58,998 bases of DNA from a virus (IMGVR_UViG_3300025009_000015:1-58998); one strand, 5' to 3'. Counted from the stretch's first letter, positions 36,923 through 47,054 are shown. The notes: generated by a model from the letters alone, not told the origin. Numbers and translations are program-made.

Positions 36923-38362
36923 ATGTCCGACGTTCCTATCAGCGACATCGTAAACGTCTCCATCTCCATCGCCACCGGTGCGACGCAGCAAGCCGGATTC
37001 GGCACGATCATGGTCGTGGGCCAAACGAACCTGCTCGGTTCGACCGTGCTCACGTGCGAGTCTGCGGCAGACTGGGTGACGGCGGGAGGCCTCACGACTG
37101 ACCCTGAATACCTGGCCCTGGCAGCTATTTTTTCACAGCAGCCGACTGTCCAGGAGGTGAAGGTCAGCGAGCGTGACCCTGACGTGAGCGGTCAGCAACG
37201 GGTGACCTTCGCGGCGGACATCACGGCGGGTCAGACCTGCACGATCACCTACACCTACGTGGACCTGGCAGGCGCGACCCAGACGGAGACGGTCGCGATA
37301 CTGTACGCCGTCTCCCACGCGAACACCGTCTCTCTGATCGAGGCCGCGCTCCTGGCGCTCAATGCCGTGACTGCCTGCACGGGCGTCGACGACACTCCCG
37401 GGGCGCTGTTCACGGTCACGATCGATCCGGCACTGGTCCGGTCGGGGTCCGTGACGTTCACAGTCATGGCGACGGCAGGGGCCGGTGTCCCGCAGACGGG
37501 GACCGCGTCAGTAGTTCTAGCTCCGACGGTACTCACTGCCGACCTGAACGCGTTGGTTCTCGTGGATGACGCGTGGTACTGCCTGATCCTGACCCACGAG
37601 GGGACGGATAACCAGCGGAACATGGACACCTACCGTGCCGCGGTGTGGGTCGAGGCCAATACCATCGACTGTATCCACATCGCGCAGAACGACCAGGCTG
37701 TGCTCGCGGCTGGGACCGCGGGCAATATCGCCAAGGTGCTCGAGGCCGCGTCGTACAACCGGACGCACGTTTTTTACCACCCGGAGTCGGAGTACGCAGC
37801 CGCAGCCCTGGCTGGACGGAACCTCAGCCAGAACCTGGATGTCTCCAGCATCGACTGGTACCTCCAGACATTGTCTGGGATCACCTCTCAGGATTACACG
37901 TCGACCCAGCGGTCGACCATGGCCGCGGACCAGATCGGGTACTACACGACCGCCGCGGGGGGCGCACATTATTTCGGCGGCAAGATGGCGTCCCAGCGGT
38001 ACATCGACCAGCAGCTCACGGTCGACTGGTTCTCGTCCCGCGTGGCAGAGGACGTGCTCAGCTACCTGGTGCGTGGCGCCGCGTCCAACATCAAGCGGAC
38101 GTACACGGACCTGACGATCGCAGCGATCGCCGGGCTCGTCAAGAAACGCTGGATCAACGGGGTGCGCGCGAACCACTTCGCTGAAACCCGGGAGGACGCC
38201 TCAGGCGACACGGTCGAGGGCATCATCCTGACCGCAGGGTCCGCCGCGTCGCAGAGCTCTGCGGACAAGACGGCTAGACTCTACGCGGGGCTCTCTGCGT
38301 CCATCCCCCTGGCGGGTGGTATCCGGACGGTCAATCCTTTGACGATTATTCTGGAGGTGTGA
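36923..38362 (+). CDS. Contractile tail sheath (DUF3383-like)
   Basis: ISDIVNVSI, GFG, PEYLA..IFSQQP, WY, LSGIT, GKMASQRYID. Confidence 0.9.
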   Translation: MSDVPISDIVNVSISIATGATQQAGFGTIMVVGQTNLLGSTVLTCESAADWVTAGGLTTDPEYLALAAIFSQQPTVQEVKVSERDPDVSGQQRVTFAADITAGQTCTITYTYVDLAGATQTETVAILYAVSHANTVSLIEAALLALNAVTACTGVDDTPGALFTVTIDPALVRSGSVTFTVMATAGAGVPQTGTASVVLAPTVLTADLNALVLVDDAWYCLILTHEGTDNQRNMDTYRAAVWVEANTIDCIHIAQNDQAVLAAGTAGNIAKVLEAASYNRTHVFYHPESEYAAAALAGRNLSQNLDVSSIDWYLQTLSGITSQDYTSTQRSTMAADQIGYYTTAAGGAHYFGGKMASQRYIDQQLTVDWFSSRVAEDVLSYLVRGAASNIKRTYTDLTIAAIAGLVKKRWINGVRANHFAETREDASGDTVEGIILTAGSAASQSSADKTARLYAGLSASIPLAGGIRTVNPLTIILEV

Positions 38363-38366
38363 CGCC

Positions 38367-38798
38367 ATGATCGCATTCGACCCCCGTAAATTCGTGCTCT
38401 CGTTCAACGGCGTCCCCATCTCTGGGTTTGGCGCAGGTACGTTTTTCAAGGCGACCAGGCGCAAACCGTTCGCTGCGCTCGAGGAACTCGGAGCGGACGG
38501 GGAGGGCGCTTTCGTCCTCTCCGGTGACCACTCGTATGATGTGGAGCTGACCTTGAAAAGGGCGTCTCCGTCGAACACACTGCTCAGCCAGTTCGCGAAC
38601 GCGACCAGGATGGGCGCGCCAGTGGTCGGGAGCATGAGTGCGAAGGACATGAGCACGGGTGGGACGTTCGACAGCGAGGAAGTGATTCAGACGGATATGC
38701 CCCCGTTTGAGCGGGAGGGGGGCGGGAAGCTCGGAGAGAACGTGTGGAAGTTTTCGGCGAAGAAGGGCGTGGAGAACCAACCAGGAGCTTCGACCTAA
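38367..38798 (+). CDS. Tail tube protein (DUF3277-like)
   Basis: FDPRK..ISGFG, GADGEG, TLKRASPSNTLLS. Confidence 0.85.
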   Translation: MIAFDPRKFVLSFNGVPISGFGAGTFFKATRRKPFAALEELGADGEGAFVLSGDHSYDVELTLKRASPSNTLLSQFANATRMGAPVVGSMSAKDMSTGGTFDSEEVIQTDMPPFEREGGGKLGENVWKFSAKKGVENQPGAST

Positions 38799-38962
38799 CA
38801 GAGCCGTGCGAACCACATCAGCTCTTTTTTCGGTCCCAGCGTGACCCTGACCAGCTCGTCCTTCGTGTACTCCTTCTGGAGCCCCCTCCCCAGCAGGACC
38901 ACTTCGTTGTCCCCCCACCAGCGCCACATTTTCTCGAATGTTTCGAAGTGTATTTTTTCCAT
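38795..38962 (-). CDS. Small hypothetical protein (55 aa)
   Basis: Translated by hand (MEKIHFETFEKMWRWW...); stop overlaps the tube gene stop. Confidence 0.5.
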   Translation of the reverse strand: MEKIHFETFEKMWRWWGDNEVVLLGRGLQKEYTKDELVRVTLGPKKELMWFARLC

Positions 38963-38965
38963 CAG

Positions 38966-39541
38966 TCACTCGTCCTCTGACTCCGCAGTGGGAACCACCA
39001 GGTCTGGGTGTTTCCCCTCGATCGCCTGAGCCACGCGCTCGAGCTTCTCTCCGAACACCCGAGCCAGCTCCTTGTTGCGCTCCCAATACCCGACGCAGTC
39101 CAGGACGTGCTTCAAATTGTAGTCCGTGACGAGCCATTCTTTGACGGCGGTAGGAGCTGTATCCAGGAGCCTCAAAGCTGCCGTTTTAGTACCATCTTGA
39201 GGGAGGGCGTCGCTGTTTCTGCCATTACCAATACCGCAGCCTCCCTCGAGATCGACGAGGGAGCTCTCCAACGAATTCATCCCTGCTGGGCACCTTTTAC
39301 TGACGGCTCTGAGTGCTCGAAGCACGAACTTCCACAACGTCTTCGCGTCATTCGATGACCAAGTCTCCAGGTCATCTCCACAGAGTCTCGCGAACACAGG
39401 CTCGAACGAGTCGTCGCTCGACAGGATGCTCTTCGCGAGGATCTCCCTGTCTTCAAGAATCATCACTTCCAGGATCTTGTCTACCGGGATCCTGACGTCC
39501 ACATATTCAATTCCCGCAGACTCTACTCTCAAGTCATTCAT
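38966..39541 (-). CDS. Hypothetical protein
   Basis: ATG after GGAGG; first gene after a boxed promoter. Confidence 0.7.
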   Translation of the reverse strand: MNDLRVESAGIEYVDVRIPVDKILEVMILEDREILAKSILSSDDSFEPVFARLCGDDLETWSSNDAKTLWKFVLRALRAVSKRCPAGMNSLESSLVDLEGGCGIGNGRNSDALPQDGTKTAALRLLDTAPTAVKEWLVTDYNLKHVLDCVGYWERNKELARVFGEKLERVAQAIEGKHPDLVVPTAESEDE

Positions 39542-39576
39542 AAAATACTACCTCCAAGTTTTCCCTCCCTGTCTCT

Positions 39577-39617
39577 ACTATAATCAGGCAAGAGAAAAAA
39601 TCAACAAAATAATTCAC
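39577..39617 (-). promoter_or_regulatory. Boxed sigma70-like promoter
   Basis: GTGAATTATTTTG-TTGATT-N16-TATAGT. Confidence 0.7.
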
Positions 39618-39722
39618 AGCTCGACGTTGTTTCCACTGTGAGCTATTCTGTTTTCGAACGTTCCGGCCGGGTGGCTGCGATGTTTGCAGCCGACCCGGCA
39701 TCCCTTTTCCCCGGAGTCCCCT

Positions 39723-40214
39723 ATGCCCCCGAAAGCGCAGAAGTCCGCAGAATCGTTCACGATCGGCGACCAGGTATTCATCGTCCACAGTTTCAGCTCG
39801 AGCCAGTCGCTCGATGTGCTCCTCATGCTCGGGGAAGTCATCGCCCCCGCGCTCGGGAAGCTGCTCAACAGGAAAGTCTCGAGCGACCTGTCGGACATCG
39901 CGGAGGCGGTCGACGAGCTGAAGGGCATGGACGTGGACATGGCACTCCCCTCCCTGCTGGCGGTTTTCGGCACGGTGCGGAAGATCGGGGGCATCGACCT
40001 GGTGGTCTCAATTCTCCAGACCACGTACCACGAGGATCGGCCGATCAATACCCGTGCGCGGTTCGACGAGGTTTTCCAGGGACCTGGCGCACTCGTGGAC
40101 GCGGCTCGAGTCCTCTGGCACGTGCTCAGGTTCCAGCTCAGCCCTTTATGGGACGCGCTCCGGCCCCTGCTCTCAGGTCGGGGCGGCGACAAGGTCCCGA
40201 CCCCCAAGAGCTAG
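39723..40214 (+). CDS. Tail assembly chaperone
   Basis: Between tube and tape measure; helical; FDEVFQG. Confidence 0.7.
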   Translation: MPPKAQKSAESFTIGDQVFIVHSFSSSQSLDVLLMLGEVIAPALGKLLNRKVSSDLSDIAEAVDELKGMDVDMALPSLLAVFGTVRKIGGIDLVVSILQTTYHEDRPINTRARFDEVFQGPGALVDAARVLWHVLRFQLSPLWDALRPLLSGRGGDKVPTPKS

Positions 40215-40375
40215 GCCCGAACGTCGACTGGAGGATCTGGGGACCCGTCCTTGCGGGGCTCGGCACGCTCCGTGAGGTCAGGCACGAGTGGACCCTGACC
40301 GACCTGCTCGACGCTCACGAGGTCCTGGCCGTGCGCTCCGAGCTGGAGAGGTTGGCTTCGGAGCGCGTGAAATAA
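40200..40375 (+). CDS. Tail assembly chaperone extension (-1 frame)
   Basis: DWRIWGPVLAGLGTLREV..WTLTDLLDAHEVL; no good start of its own. Confidence 0.6.
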
Positions 40376-40582
40376 TCACATTTCCTCTATCTGACACACC
40401 TTATCCCACTCCCCGTCATCCTCTACCCACTTCAGCTCTCCACCACCTACAGGCTCGTAGGTTAGTTGGTCCCAGTACCCAGTACCATAAGTTATCAAGT
40501 AACTCTGGTCGCTACCTTTTCGCATCCATAGATCACCGAAACTTTCACGTGTTGGACACGCACGATGTTTTTTATCACACAT
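40376..40582 (-). CDS. Hypothetical protein
   Basis: 68 aa; lower GC by eye. Confidence 0.55.
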   Translation of the reverse strand: MCDKKHRACPTRESFGDLWMRKGSDQSYLITYGTGYWDQLTYEPVGGGELKWVEDDGEWDKVCQIEEM

Positions 40583-41108
40583 TGTTAATCCACCCTGGTC
40601 GCTCCCGCCTCGTCCACACTGCACGCTCGACTTTCGCCCGCCGGAAATACTCCCGGTAGTCCTCCACGACCCCCTCCCCCGTGTCGATGGTCAGCCCACC
40701 GAAGCACCGGGGCATCTCCGTCAGCCCCGCGTCCGGCAGGGTCGGCGCGTGCTCGAGTGCCCACTCCCACGCGGACCAGACCGCGGTTTCCCGCCCGAAC
40801 CTGTGTCGATCCTCGTCGAGCAGCACCTCCGCGTGCTCGAGCAGGAACCAGAGGTTTCTACTCGACTCCCCAGCCCAGACAGACCAGGGGTGTTTCTGGT
40901 GTGTCGGAAGGTACGCAGGGATGCCCTGGCGGACGCGCTCAACGGGTGTCAGCCCCCGCAGGGGCTCACGGGAGACGTCCAGCCCGTCCTTGCGCCACCA
41001 GACGTTACCGACGAGCTGTAGCGCCTCCTTGGCGCCCCAGTAGAGAAAATTGTCGGGGTGGTACGAGGCGCGCTCCTGGTGATTAACGGCGAGCATGAAG
41101 ACGTTCAT
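40575..41108 (-). CDS. Pyrimidine-dimer DNA glycosylase-like (DenV/Pyr_excise family) protein
   Basis: MNVF, PTHQKHPWSVW, RHRFG, VEDYREYF, WTRRERPGW. Confidence 0.7.
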   Translation of the reverse strand: MNVFMLAVNHQERASYHPDNFLYWGAKEALQLVGNVWWRKDGLDVSREPLRGLTPVERVRQGIPAYLPTHQKHPWSVWAGESSRNLWFLLEHAEVLLDEDRHRFGRETAVWSAWEWALEHAPTLPDAGLTEMPRCFGGLTIDTGEGVVEDYREYFRRAKVERAVWTRRERPGWINNV

Positions 41109-41139
41109 ATATTTCCTCCAGTGTTATGTCATTGTGTAT

Positions 41140-41212
41140 ACTATGAGCAATTTTCAGTGAAAATCAACATAATAATTCACCTATCGAAAAATCCTCAGCG
41201 ATCGCGTACACT
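41140..41212. promoter_or_regulatory. Divergent promoter unit
   Basis: Minus: box-TTGATT...CATAGT; plus: TACACT at 41207. Confidence 0.65.
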
Positions 41213-41232
41213 GCGGTCAGGAGGTCCACCCC

Positions 41233-42792
41233 ATGGCCGAGCGCGTCGTCATCCGTGAGCTCATCGTCAAGCTCCTGTTCGAGGGGAACGAGAGCGGCGT
41301 CACGAAGTTTAACCAGGCGTTGCAAGGGTTTTCGACTCTTGCACGGTACGCCGAGCAGGCATTGCGCAAGCTCTCTGACGCTGTGATAGGGACGACCCTC
41401 CAGATCGCGGACCAGGCCGACGCTCTCGGGGAGTCTGCGGCGCAGGTGGGTGTCACGGCTCAGGTGTACGACGCCCTGACCGCTGCCGTCTTAAAAAATG
41501 GGGGGTCGGTCGGTGAGCTGGACGGGGGGCTCCGGATCCTGTCCGGGCACCTCCGGGAGTTCCGGGCGTCCGGGACGGGGGCGCTCAAAGACCTGCTCGG
41601 GCCGGACGCGAAAAAGAGCTTGGAAGGCATCACGTCCGTGGACGGGGCGCTCGGGGTGGTCGCCGACGCGCTCGCCAGGATCAAGAACCCGGCCGAACAG
41701 GTGGCCGCCGCGAACGACCTGCTCGGCAGGAGCGGGAACAAGCTCTTGCCGACACTTCAGGGGGGCGCCAAGGGCATCCGAGATATGCTCGAGTCCATGG
41801 TGGCGATGGGCACGTTCTCCCCTGAGCTGCTCCAGGCAGGGTCCGACCTGAACGACCAGCTCGCGGAGGGGGCACTCCTCTGGCGCGGCGTCAAGATCGC
41901 GGTCGGAGAGGAGACCGTACCCGCGCTGCATGACCTAGTGACCGAGCTGAACCTCGCGTTCCGTTCGGCGAAGGAGACGTTCGGGCCGGAGATACGCGAC
42001 GCGGCACGGATGCTCGCGTCAGGTTTTCGCGCGGCGAAGGATGCCTTGAAGTCACTCCGGACGGAGCTACTCGAGTCGGCTCGAGGCATGGCCGCGCTGA
42101 AGACGGTAGCAATTTTTCTTGGCTTCGCGCTCTCGGGGTTGGCGCTGGCGCAGCTCCCCGGTGCCATCCGAGCGCTGTGGGCGATGCGTTTCGCGCTCGA
42201 GCGAGTCATCCAGTCGACGATCGTCTGGATCGTGGGGACTGCTCTAGCCGTCGCTCCGTACGTGATCGCGGCGGCGATGCTCACAGTGATCGCTCTGATA
42301 GTAGAGGACCTGGTGGGGTTCGTCACAGGGGCGAACTCAGCGTTCGGGCTCATGGTCGACAAGATGCACGAGATGGGTCCGATCTGGGACGCCATCGCAA
42401 ACTCCCTCGAGTACGTGTTTGGGGGAGGGATCGGCAACGACCTCTACGACATGATCGAGGCCGTCTCCGGGGCGGTCGACCGACTCCGGGAGAAGCTCGG
42501 CCCGGTCGTGGACATGGTCGGGAAAGCAGCGAACCTGGCACTGATGATGGTCCCCGGAGGGGCGGGCATCGCTGCGGGTGCGAGAGCTCTGGGGTCCATG
42601 GTCCCGTCCGCGTCGTCCGTCGGCGCGCGGACCAGCAACGTGTCTGTGGGGGGCAGCTCGGTGAACGTCGCGGTGAACGGGGCAGGGAACCCCCGGGCAG
42701 TCGGCGCGGAGGTCGCCAGGCAGGCGGACGAGGTGATGGCCAGACACGCGACACAGGTCGCGCGAAACCTGGGTTCTGCGATGTCGTATTAG
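41233..42792 (+). CDS. Tape measure protein
   Basis: IRELIVKL N-terminus; Ala/Gly-rich helical with hydrophobic segment; position. Confidence 0.85.
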   Translation: MAERVVIRELIVKLLFEGNESGVTKFNQALQGFSTLARYAEQALRKLSDAVIGTTLQIADQADALGESAAQVGVTAQVYDALTAAVLKNGGSVGELDGGLRILSGHLREFRASGTGALKDLLGPDAKKSLEGITSVDGALGVVADALARIKNPAEQVAAANDLLGRSGNKLLPTLQGGAKGIRDMLESMVAMGTFSPELLQAGSDLNDQLAEGALLWRGVKIAVGEETVPALHDLVTELNLAFRSAKETFGPEIRDAARMLASGFRAAKDALKSLRTELLESARGMAALKTVAIFLGFALSGLALAQLPGAIRALWAMRFALERVIQSTIVWIVGTALAVAPYVIAAAMLTVIALIVEDLVGFVTGANSAFGLMVDKMHEMGPIWDAIANSLEYVFGGGIGNDLYDMIEAVSGAVDRLREKLGPVVDMVGKAANLALMMVPGGAGIAAGARALGSMVPSASSVGARTSNVSVGGSSVNVAVNGAGNPRAVGAEVARQADEVMARHATQVARNLGSAMSY

Positions 42793-43010
42793 TTGCTCGT
42801 ACTGTAAGCAATTGACCGGATTGAATAATTCACTGGAAAAGATCGACAAACTTCCTGATTGACCTAAGTCGATCAAGATCTGGACCCCCTCAAAATCGCT
42901 GTGGGCTCCAAGGCGAGCAAAACGAAGGATGGTCAATAGCAAAGCTCATCTTTTCAAAAAATCGGTTCTAAGGCCTCTGGTAGCTCGCTGGCGACATCGA
43001 ATTTTGGAGG
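42793..43010. repeat. Dispersed non-coding repeat, copy B
   Basis: High similarity to 13785-13962 and 52890-53106. Confidence 0.9.
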
Positions 43011-43070
43011 ATCGGTCATGATTTCTCGAATCACTCGTAGCCTGTATTTCCTCCTCTGGAGGGTAAGAAT

Positions 43071-43598
43071 ATGCCTCAGAAATCTCTCCTGACCTGGGCC
43101 GGGTACACGTTCGACGTCGTGCAGTCGGAGACTGTCTCCGACGCGGCGCAGCTCGCGCAGCACCCGCTCGAAGACGGCTCTCTGGTGTCCGACCACCTGA
43201 TCCAGACACCGACGCCAGTCTCTGCGGAAGTGCTGGTCACGGACATCCCGGGGGACGGGACCGCATACCAGCTCGGGAGGTCGAACGACGTTTACCTCTC
43301 CCTCCTGCAGGAGCTGGGGAGAGGGACGGAGTCGGACCTGTCTGACGGGGTCCGGGTCTACCCGGACATGATCCTGACCGCGGTGTCCCGGACCAGGGGA
43401 GCGCCGGAGGGAGTCGCCAGGCTCAGCCTCCGGTGGGACCCCGTCCGCCGCGCGTCCGGGCTCGAGGTCGCCGTCCCCCTGCCGCACACCTCGACGGTCG
43501 GAGCGGCGAAGCAGAGCGTCGGGAAAAAAGCCCCAGAGGCTGTCCCTGCGGCGACGCAGGCGAAGGCGAGCACGATCCTTTTCGACCTGATCAATTGA
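43071..43598 (+). CDS. Baseplate/tail-tube initiator (Dit-like)
   Basis: FDVVQSE, HPLEDGSLVSDH, YPDMILT. Confidence 0.8.
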   Translation: MPQKSLLTWAGYTFDVVQSETVSDAAQLAQHPLEDGSLVSDHLIQTPTPVSAEVLVTDIPGDGTAYQLGRSNDVYLSLLQELGRGTESDLSDGVRVYPDMILTAVSRTRGAPEGVARLSLRWDPVRRASGLEVAVPLPHTSTVGAAKQSVGKKAPEAVPAATQAKASTILFDLIN

Positions 43599-43608
43599 GG
43601 AGTATTCT

Positions 43609-43986
43609 ATGCCCGTTTCCATCCCCCTGAGATCTGACCTGGCCCGGTGGGAGCAGCAGGTAGAGCTCGGCGACACGTACGACGCGGACGGGGTGACATT
43701 CACCGATGCGAGGCTCTATACCCTGATTTTCGACTGGAACGGGCGCGCGTCGTGCTGGACGCTGGGGATACAGGACGCGGACGGGGCGGACCTGCTTCGG
43801 GGGAAGGGGCTCCGGCTCGGGTCGCTCAGGCTCCGGCGACACGGTCGGGAGTCAGGACTCCCACCGGGAGACTTCCTGCTCGTCGACCTGTCCGGGATGC
43901 ACACCGAGGTGACACTGACCAGTCTGGGGGTCGGTCATAGCTTATTGTATTACTCGAGCGGGGAGCTGTCGGAGGCTGGGCTGTGA
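43609..43986 (+). CDS. Baseplate plug-like protein
   Basis: YTLIFDWNGRASCWTL, LGVGHSLLY. Confidence 0.7.
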   Translation: MPVSIPLRSDLARWEQQVELGDTYDADGVTFTDARLYTLIFDWNGRASCWTLGIQDADGADLLRGKGLRLGSLRLRRHGRESGLPPGDFLLVDLSGMHTEVTLTSLGVGHSLLYYSSGELSEAGL

Positions 43987-43987
43987 C

Positions 43988-44818
43988 ATGACTGAGCTAT
44001 TCGACCGACGATGCACCCTTCAGATATCGACGAAGACCAGCTCGAGGCAGTGGACCTCCGGGCAGAAAAACGAGCTCGACCTGACGTTCTCGGCCGAGAA
44101 GACGGCGGGAAGCGAGCCGAACCGGTGCGATATCTCCGTCTGGAACCTCTCGGAGGACTCCAGGCGCCTGGTGTCTGACGAGGGCGCGACGGTCAGGCTC
44201 TCGGCCGGGTACGTCGGGACGGAGGCGCTGGTATTCGTCGGCGACGTGGACGACGTCCAAACATCCCGCGACGGTGCGGACGTGCTCTCCCGGATCTCCT
44301 GCTCGGACGGGGGGCTGGCGATCCGGAGCACCGTCGTGAACATCTCGACGAAAAAGGACACTCCCGTCTCGGACCTGGTGGACCAGCTCGTGGGACAGCT
44401 CGGCCTGCCGAAGGGTCCGATCGCGGTCGTCTCCGGGGCGCTGAAACGAGGTTTGGCCGTGCTCGGCCCGGTCCAGAAGGCCCTCGACGAGCTGTGCAGC
44501 TCGAACGGTCTCCGGTGGTCGGTGCAGGACGGGGCCGTACAGGTACACCCTGTCACGGGCACGCCAGACGCGGTGGTCGTGCTTTCCCAGGACACCGGGC
44601 TCGTGGGGATACCAGAGCGCCTGGTCCAGCGTGACCAGAAGGGGGGGGTCGAACGCCGGGGCGTCAAGTGCAGGTCGCTCCTCCAGCCCGGGCTGAACCC
44701 CGGCCGGAGAATCCGGGTAAAATCAGAGTGGGTGTCTGGGGATTTCGTCGTCGAGCGGGTGGGGCACTCGGGGAGCACGGTCGGGGGGGAGTGGTACACG
44801 GACGTCGAGGCCTACTGA
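43988..44818 (+). CDS. Baseplate hub protein
   Basis: PNRCDISVWNLS, LSAGY, WSVQDG, LSQDTGLVGIP, LLQPGL. Confidence 0.85.
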   Translation: MTELFDRRCTLQISTKTSSRQWTSGQKNELDLTFSAEKTAGSEPNRCDISVWNLSEDSRRLVSDEGATVRLSAGYVGTEALVFVGDVDDVQTSRDGADVLSRISCSDGGLAIRSTVVNISTKKDTPVSDLVDQLVGQLGLPKGPIAVVSGALKRGLAVLGPVQKALDELCSSNGLRWSVQDGAVQVHPVTGTPDAVVVLSQDTGLVGIPERLVQRDQKGGVERRGVKCRSLLQPGLNPGRRIRVKSEWVSGDFVVERVGHSGSTVGGEWYTDVEAY

Positions 44819-45247
44819 TCAGTTGTCGAACCAGAACACCATGCGGACATCCTCTACCGTAGATGGATAATCCTCAGGATACCGCTTGACGTCGTACCCA
44901 TTCCCGAAAAGATATCCAAAAACACTGAACACATAACAGAGATCTGCTTCAGGATCCTTTATACGCGCTTCTCGTTCGTACCAATCCTGCACGTCCGAGA
45001 GTTCTTTTCCTGTGATCCAGGACAGATGATGCCAGTCTTCAACCCCCCTGTTATAGTCCATGTTGGTCAGTAATGACATATTGTCAGGTATCCCTCGTAA
45101 AGGGTATTGCTGATCACCTGGTTTGTCTGTTCTCACGCCAGCGAGTCGTGCGAACAGTGAGTAGTTGCGGGGAATGTTTAACGCCATCCAGTGATGCCAT
45201 TCCCCAGAAACTTTTACTTCGATATGCGCATGAATGTCACAACCCAT
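44819..45247 (-). CDS. Conserved phage hypothetical protein (MGCDIH...FWFDN)
   Basis: RNYSLFARLAGVR, RGIP, HHLSW. Confidence 0.8.
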   Translation of the reverse strand: MGCDIHAHIEVKVSGEWHHWMALNIPRNYSLFARLAGVRTDKPGDQQYPLRGIPDNMSLLTNMDYNRGVEDWHHLSWITGKELSDVQDWYEREARIKDPEADLCYVFSVFGYLFGNGYDVKRYPEDYPSTVEDVRMVFWFDN

Positions 45248-45277
45248 TTTCGTTCTCCTCAATTTCTGTGAGCGCTA

Positions 45278-45805
45278 CTAATTTCCGGGGATACACGCAT
45301 CACAATCGCAGTCCGGATGGGAAGCATTTTGTTGTCGACGCTCGAGCTCAGCCTCGAGCTGCTCCGTCGTGAACCCTGCCAGTGCAGCGATCATCGGATC
45401 GATTGCCGGAGTCAGAGACGCCAGCGCCAGAGTCTGAACCCACGGAACGCAATCGAGTCGGGCCTGGACCTGATCCAGGAAGCTCGGGGAGCAGTGGTCG
45501 AAGCTCATAGAGGTTCCAAGATTCCCGTCACCCTGGAGTGAACTCTCGACCTGAAAACAATCGTACGTCCTCATCTGACTCTTCGCGCTTCCTGCAGGGG
45601 CGCAACAGACCACCACAGAACCGGCCGGGACCTCCTGCTCACCCTCGTTCAGGAACTCGCCCTGAAGGGCGTACCCGTTTTTCTGCGACCGGTCGATCCC
45701 GGTCACGATCTTCAGCCAGCCGACCCGACGCCCCGACCCTGTCGGCTTCGTGAAAGTCCTTCGAATCATCGCCACACCGTTTCGCTCTACAATTTTCAGG
45801 TCCAT
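45278..45805 (-). CDS. Hypothetical protein
   Basis: 175 aa; NGYALQGEF; C-terminal HPDCDCDAC. Confidence 0.7.
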   Translation of the reverse strand: MDLKIVERNGVAMIRRTFTKPTGSGRRVGWLKIVTGIDRSQKNGYALQGEFLNEGEQEVPAGSVVVCCAPAGSAKSQMRTYDCFQVESSLQGDGNLGTSMSFDHCSPSFLDQVQARLDCVPWVQTLALASLTPAIDPMIAALAGFTTEQLEAELERRQQNASHPDCDCDACIPGN

Positions 45806-45834
45806 GATTTTCTCCGAATTCGTTGTGTTAGATT

Positions 45835-46203
45835 TCAGTCCTTATCCAAATCGATTGCGATTTCAAGTTCGTGTAACCACTCAGCTTTTGCGGAGGCCTT
45901 GAAAGACTCAATTACGTTGATCAACGCAGAGCTGGAGCGCGATTCCCATGGGCGATCGTCGATAAGGTCTCTTCTGAGACGGATCACGTTTTTGCGCGTT
46001 GCAGAGGCCAACCCTTCGTCGGCGATATCGCGACGAAGACACATGGCCAAAGAACCCCTCTGCTCGTCCTTGACGGCTTTCTCGGATTCCCACCCAAGAA
46101 TTATGGCAACGCCACCGTTTTGCACGGCTGTCACGAAGGCTTCGCGGGTTACCTTGGCTTGCGAAATCGTGTGAAGGATCAAAATCTCAACGTTGCTGGC
46201 CAT
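45835..46203 (-). CDS. Hypothetical protein
   Basis: ATG after GGAG; first gene after a boxed promoter. Confidence 0.7.
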   Translation of the reverse strand: MASNVEILILHTISQAKVTREAFVTAVQNGGVAIILGWESEKAVKDEQRGSLAMCLRRDIADEGLASATRKNVIRLRRDLIDDRPWESRSSSALINVIESFKASAKAEWLHELEIAIDLDKD

Positions 46204-46209
46204 TTCGTT

Positions 46210-46355
46210 TCTCCAAGTTCGTGTTTCAATGTCTCAATCTCAGTATGTATCTACTATAAGCTACCCCTAGATCAGAATCAAGAAAATAATTCACACATCA
46301 CAAAAATAATTCACAGCTCGGAAAATCTCGGCAGGTAGTCTACAGTACAGCCATG
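46210..46355. promoter_or_regulatory. Divergent promoter unit with doubled box (repeat of 52119-52264)
   Basis: Minus TTGATT-N17-TATAGT; two AATAATTCAC boxes 20 nt apart; plus TACAGT-N6-ATG. Confidence 0.8.
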
Positions 46356-47054
46356 GACGAGCAGGGGACACGGACTCTCACGAGCGCAGTAGCCACCGCG
46401 ATCGACGCGGCGCTGCTCGAGGTGCGCACGGCGACGCCGGCGAGGATCGAGTCCTACTCGGCATCCGACCAGCGGGCCGTCGTCCTCCCCCTCCTGAAGC
46501 GGCGGACGAAAGTCGGGGCCGTGCTCGTCCCGAACCCGATCGGGAACGTCCCGGTTCTGTTCCCCCGGGCCGGGGGATACGCGATCACCTTCCCGGTCGC
46601 CTCCGGGGACACGGGGCTCCTGATCTGCTCGGACCGGTCCCTCGACCTCTGGCTCGAGTCCGGGGGGCAGGTGGATCCGCAGAGCGGTCGCCATCACGAG
46701 ATGGGCGACGCCGTGTTCCTCCCCGGACTCCACGCCTGGGGGGACGCGATACCAGGGGCCAGTACGTCAGACATGGTCCTGATGCGGGAGGACGGCTCAG
46801 CCCTGGTCCAGATCGGGTCGGGGCTCGTGGAGATAGGCGCCCACCCTGCTGCGTCGTGGATCGCCCGTGCAGACTTCACGGACGCGCGGATTACCTCGCT
46901 ACAGGCAAAGCTCGACTCATTGATCGCGAAGTACGACCTACACACGCACCTAGGGGTGCTACCTGGTCCGGCAGTCACAGCTCCCCCGCTCCCCACAGAG
47001 ATTGTGCTCGGGCCTCTGGCGACCGTCGCAGCCACGATTGGGAAGGTGACATGA
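46353..47054 (+). CDS. Baseplate spike (Gp138/gp5 N-terminal type)
   Basis: VPVLFPRAGG, GDTGLLICSDRSLD, RHHEMGDAVF, HTH iron-binding tip motif. Confidence 0.85.
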   Translation: MDEQGTRTLTSAVATAIDAALLEVRTATPARIESYSASDQRAVVLPLLKRRTKVGAVLVPNPIGNVPVLFPRAGGYAITFPVASGDTGLLICSDRSLDLWLESGGQVDPQSGRHHEMGDAVFLPGLHAWGDAIPGASTSDMVLMREDGSALVQIGSGLVEIGAHPAASWIARADFTDARITSLQAKLDSLIAKYDLHTHLGVLPGPAVTAPPLPTEIVLGPLATVAATIGKVT

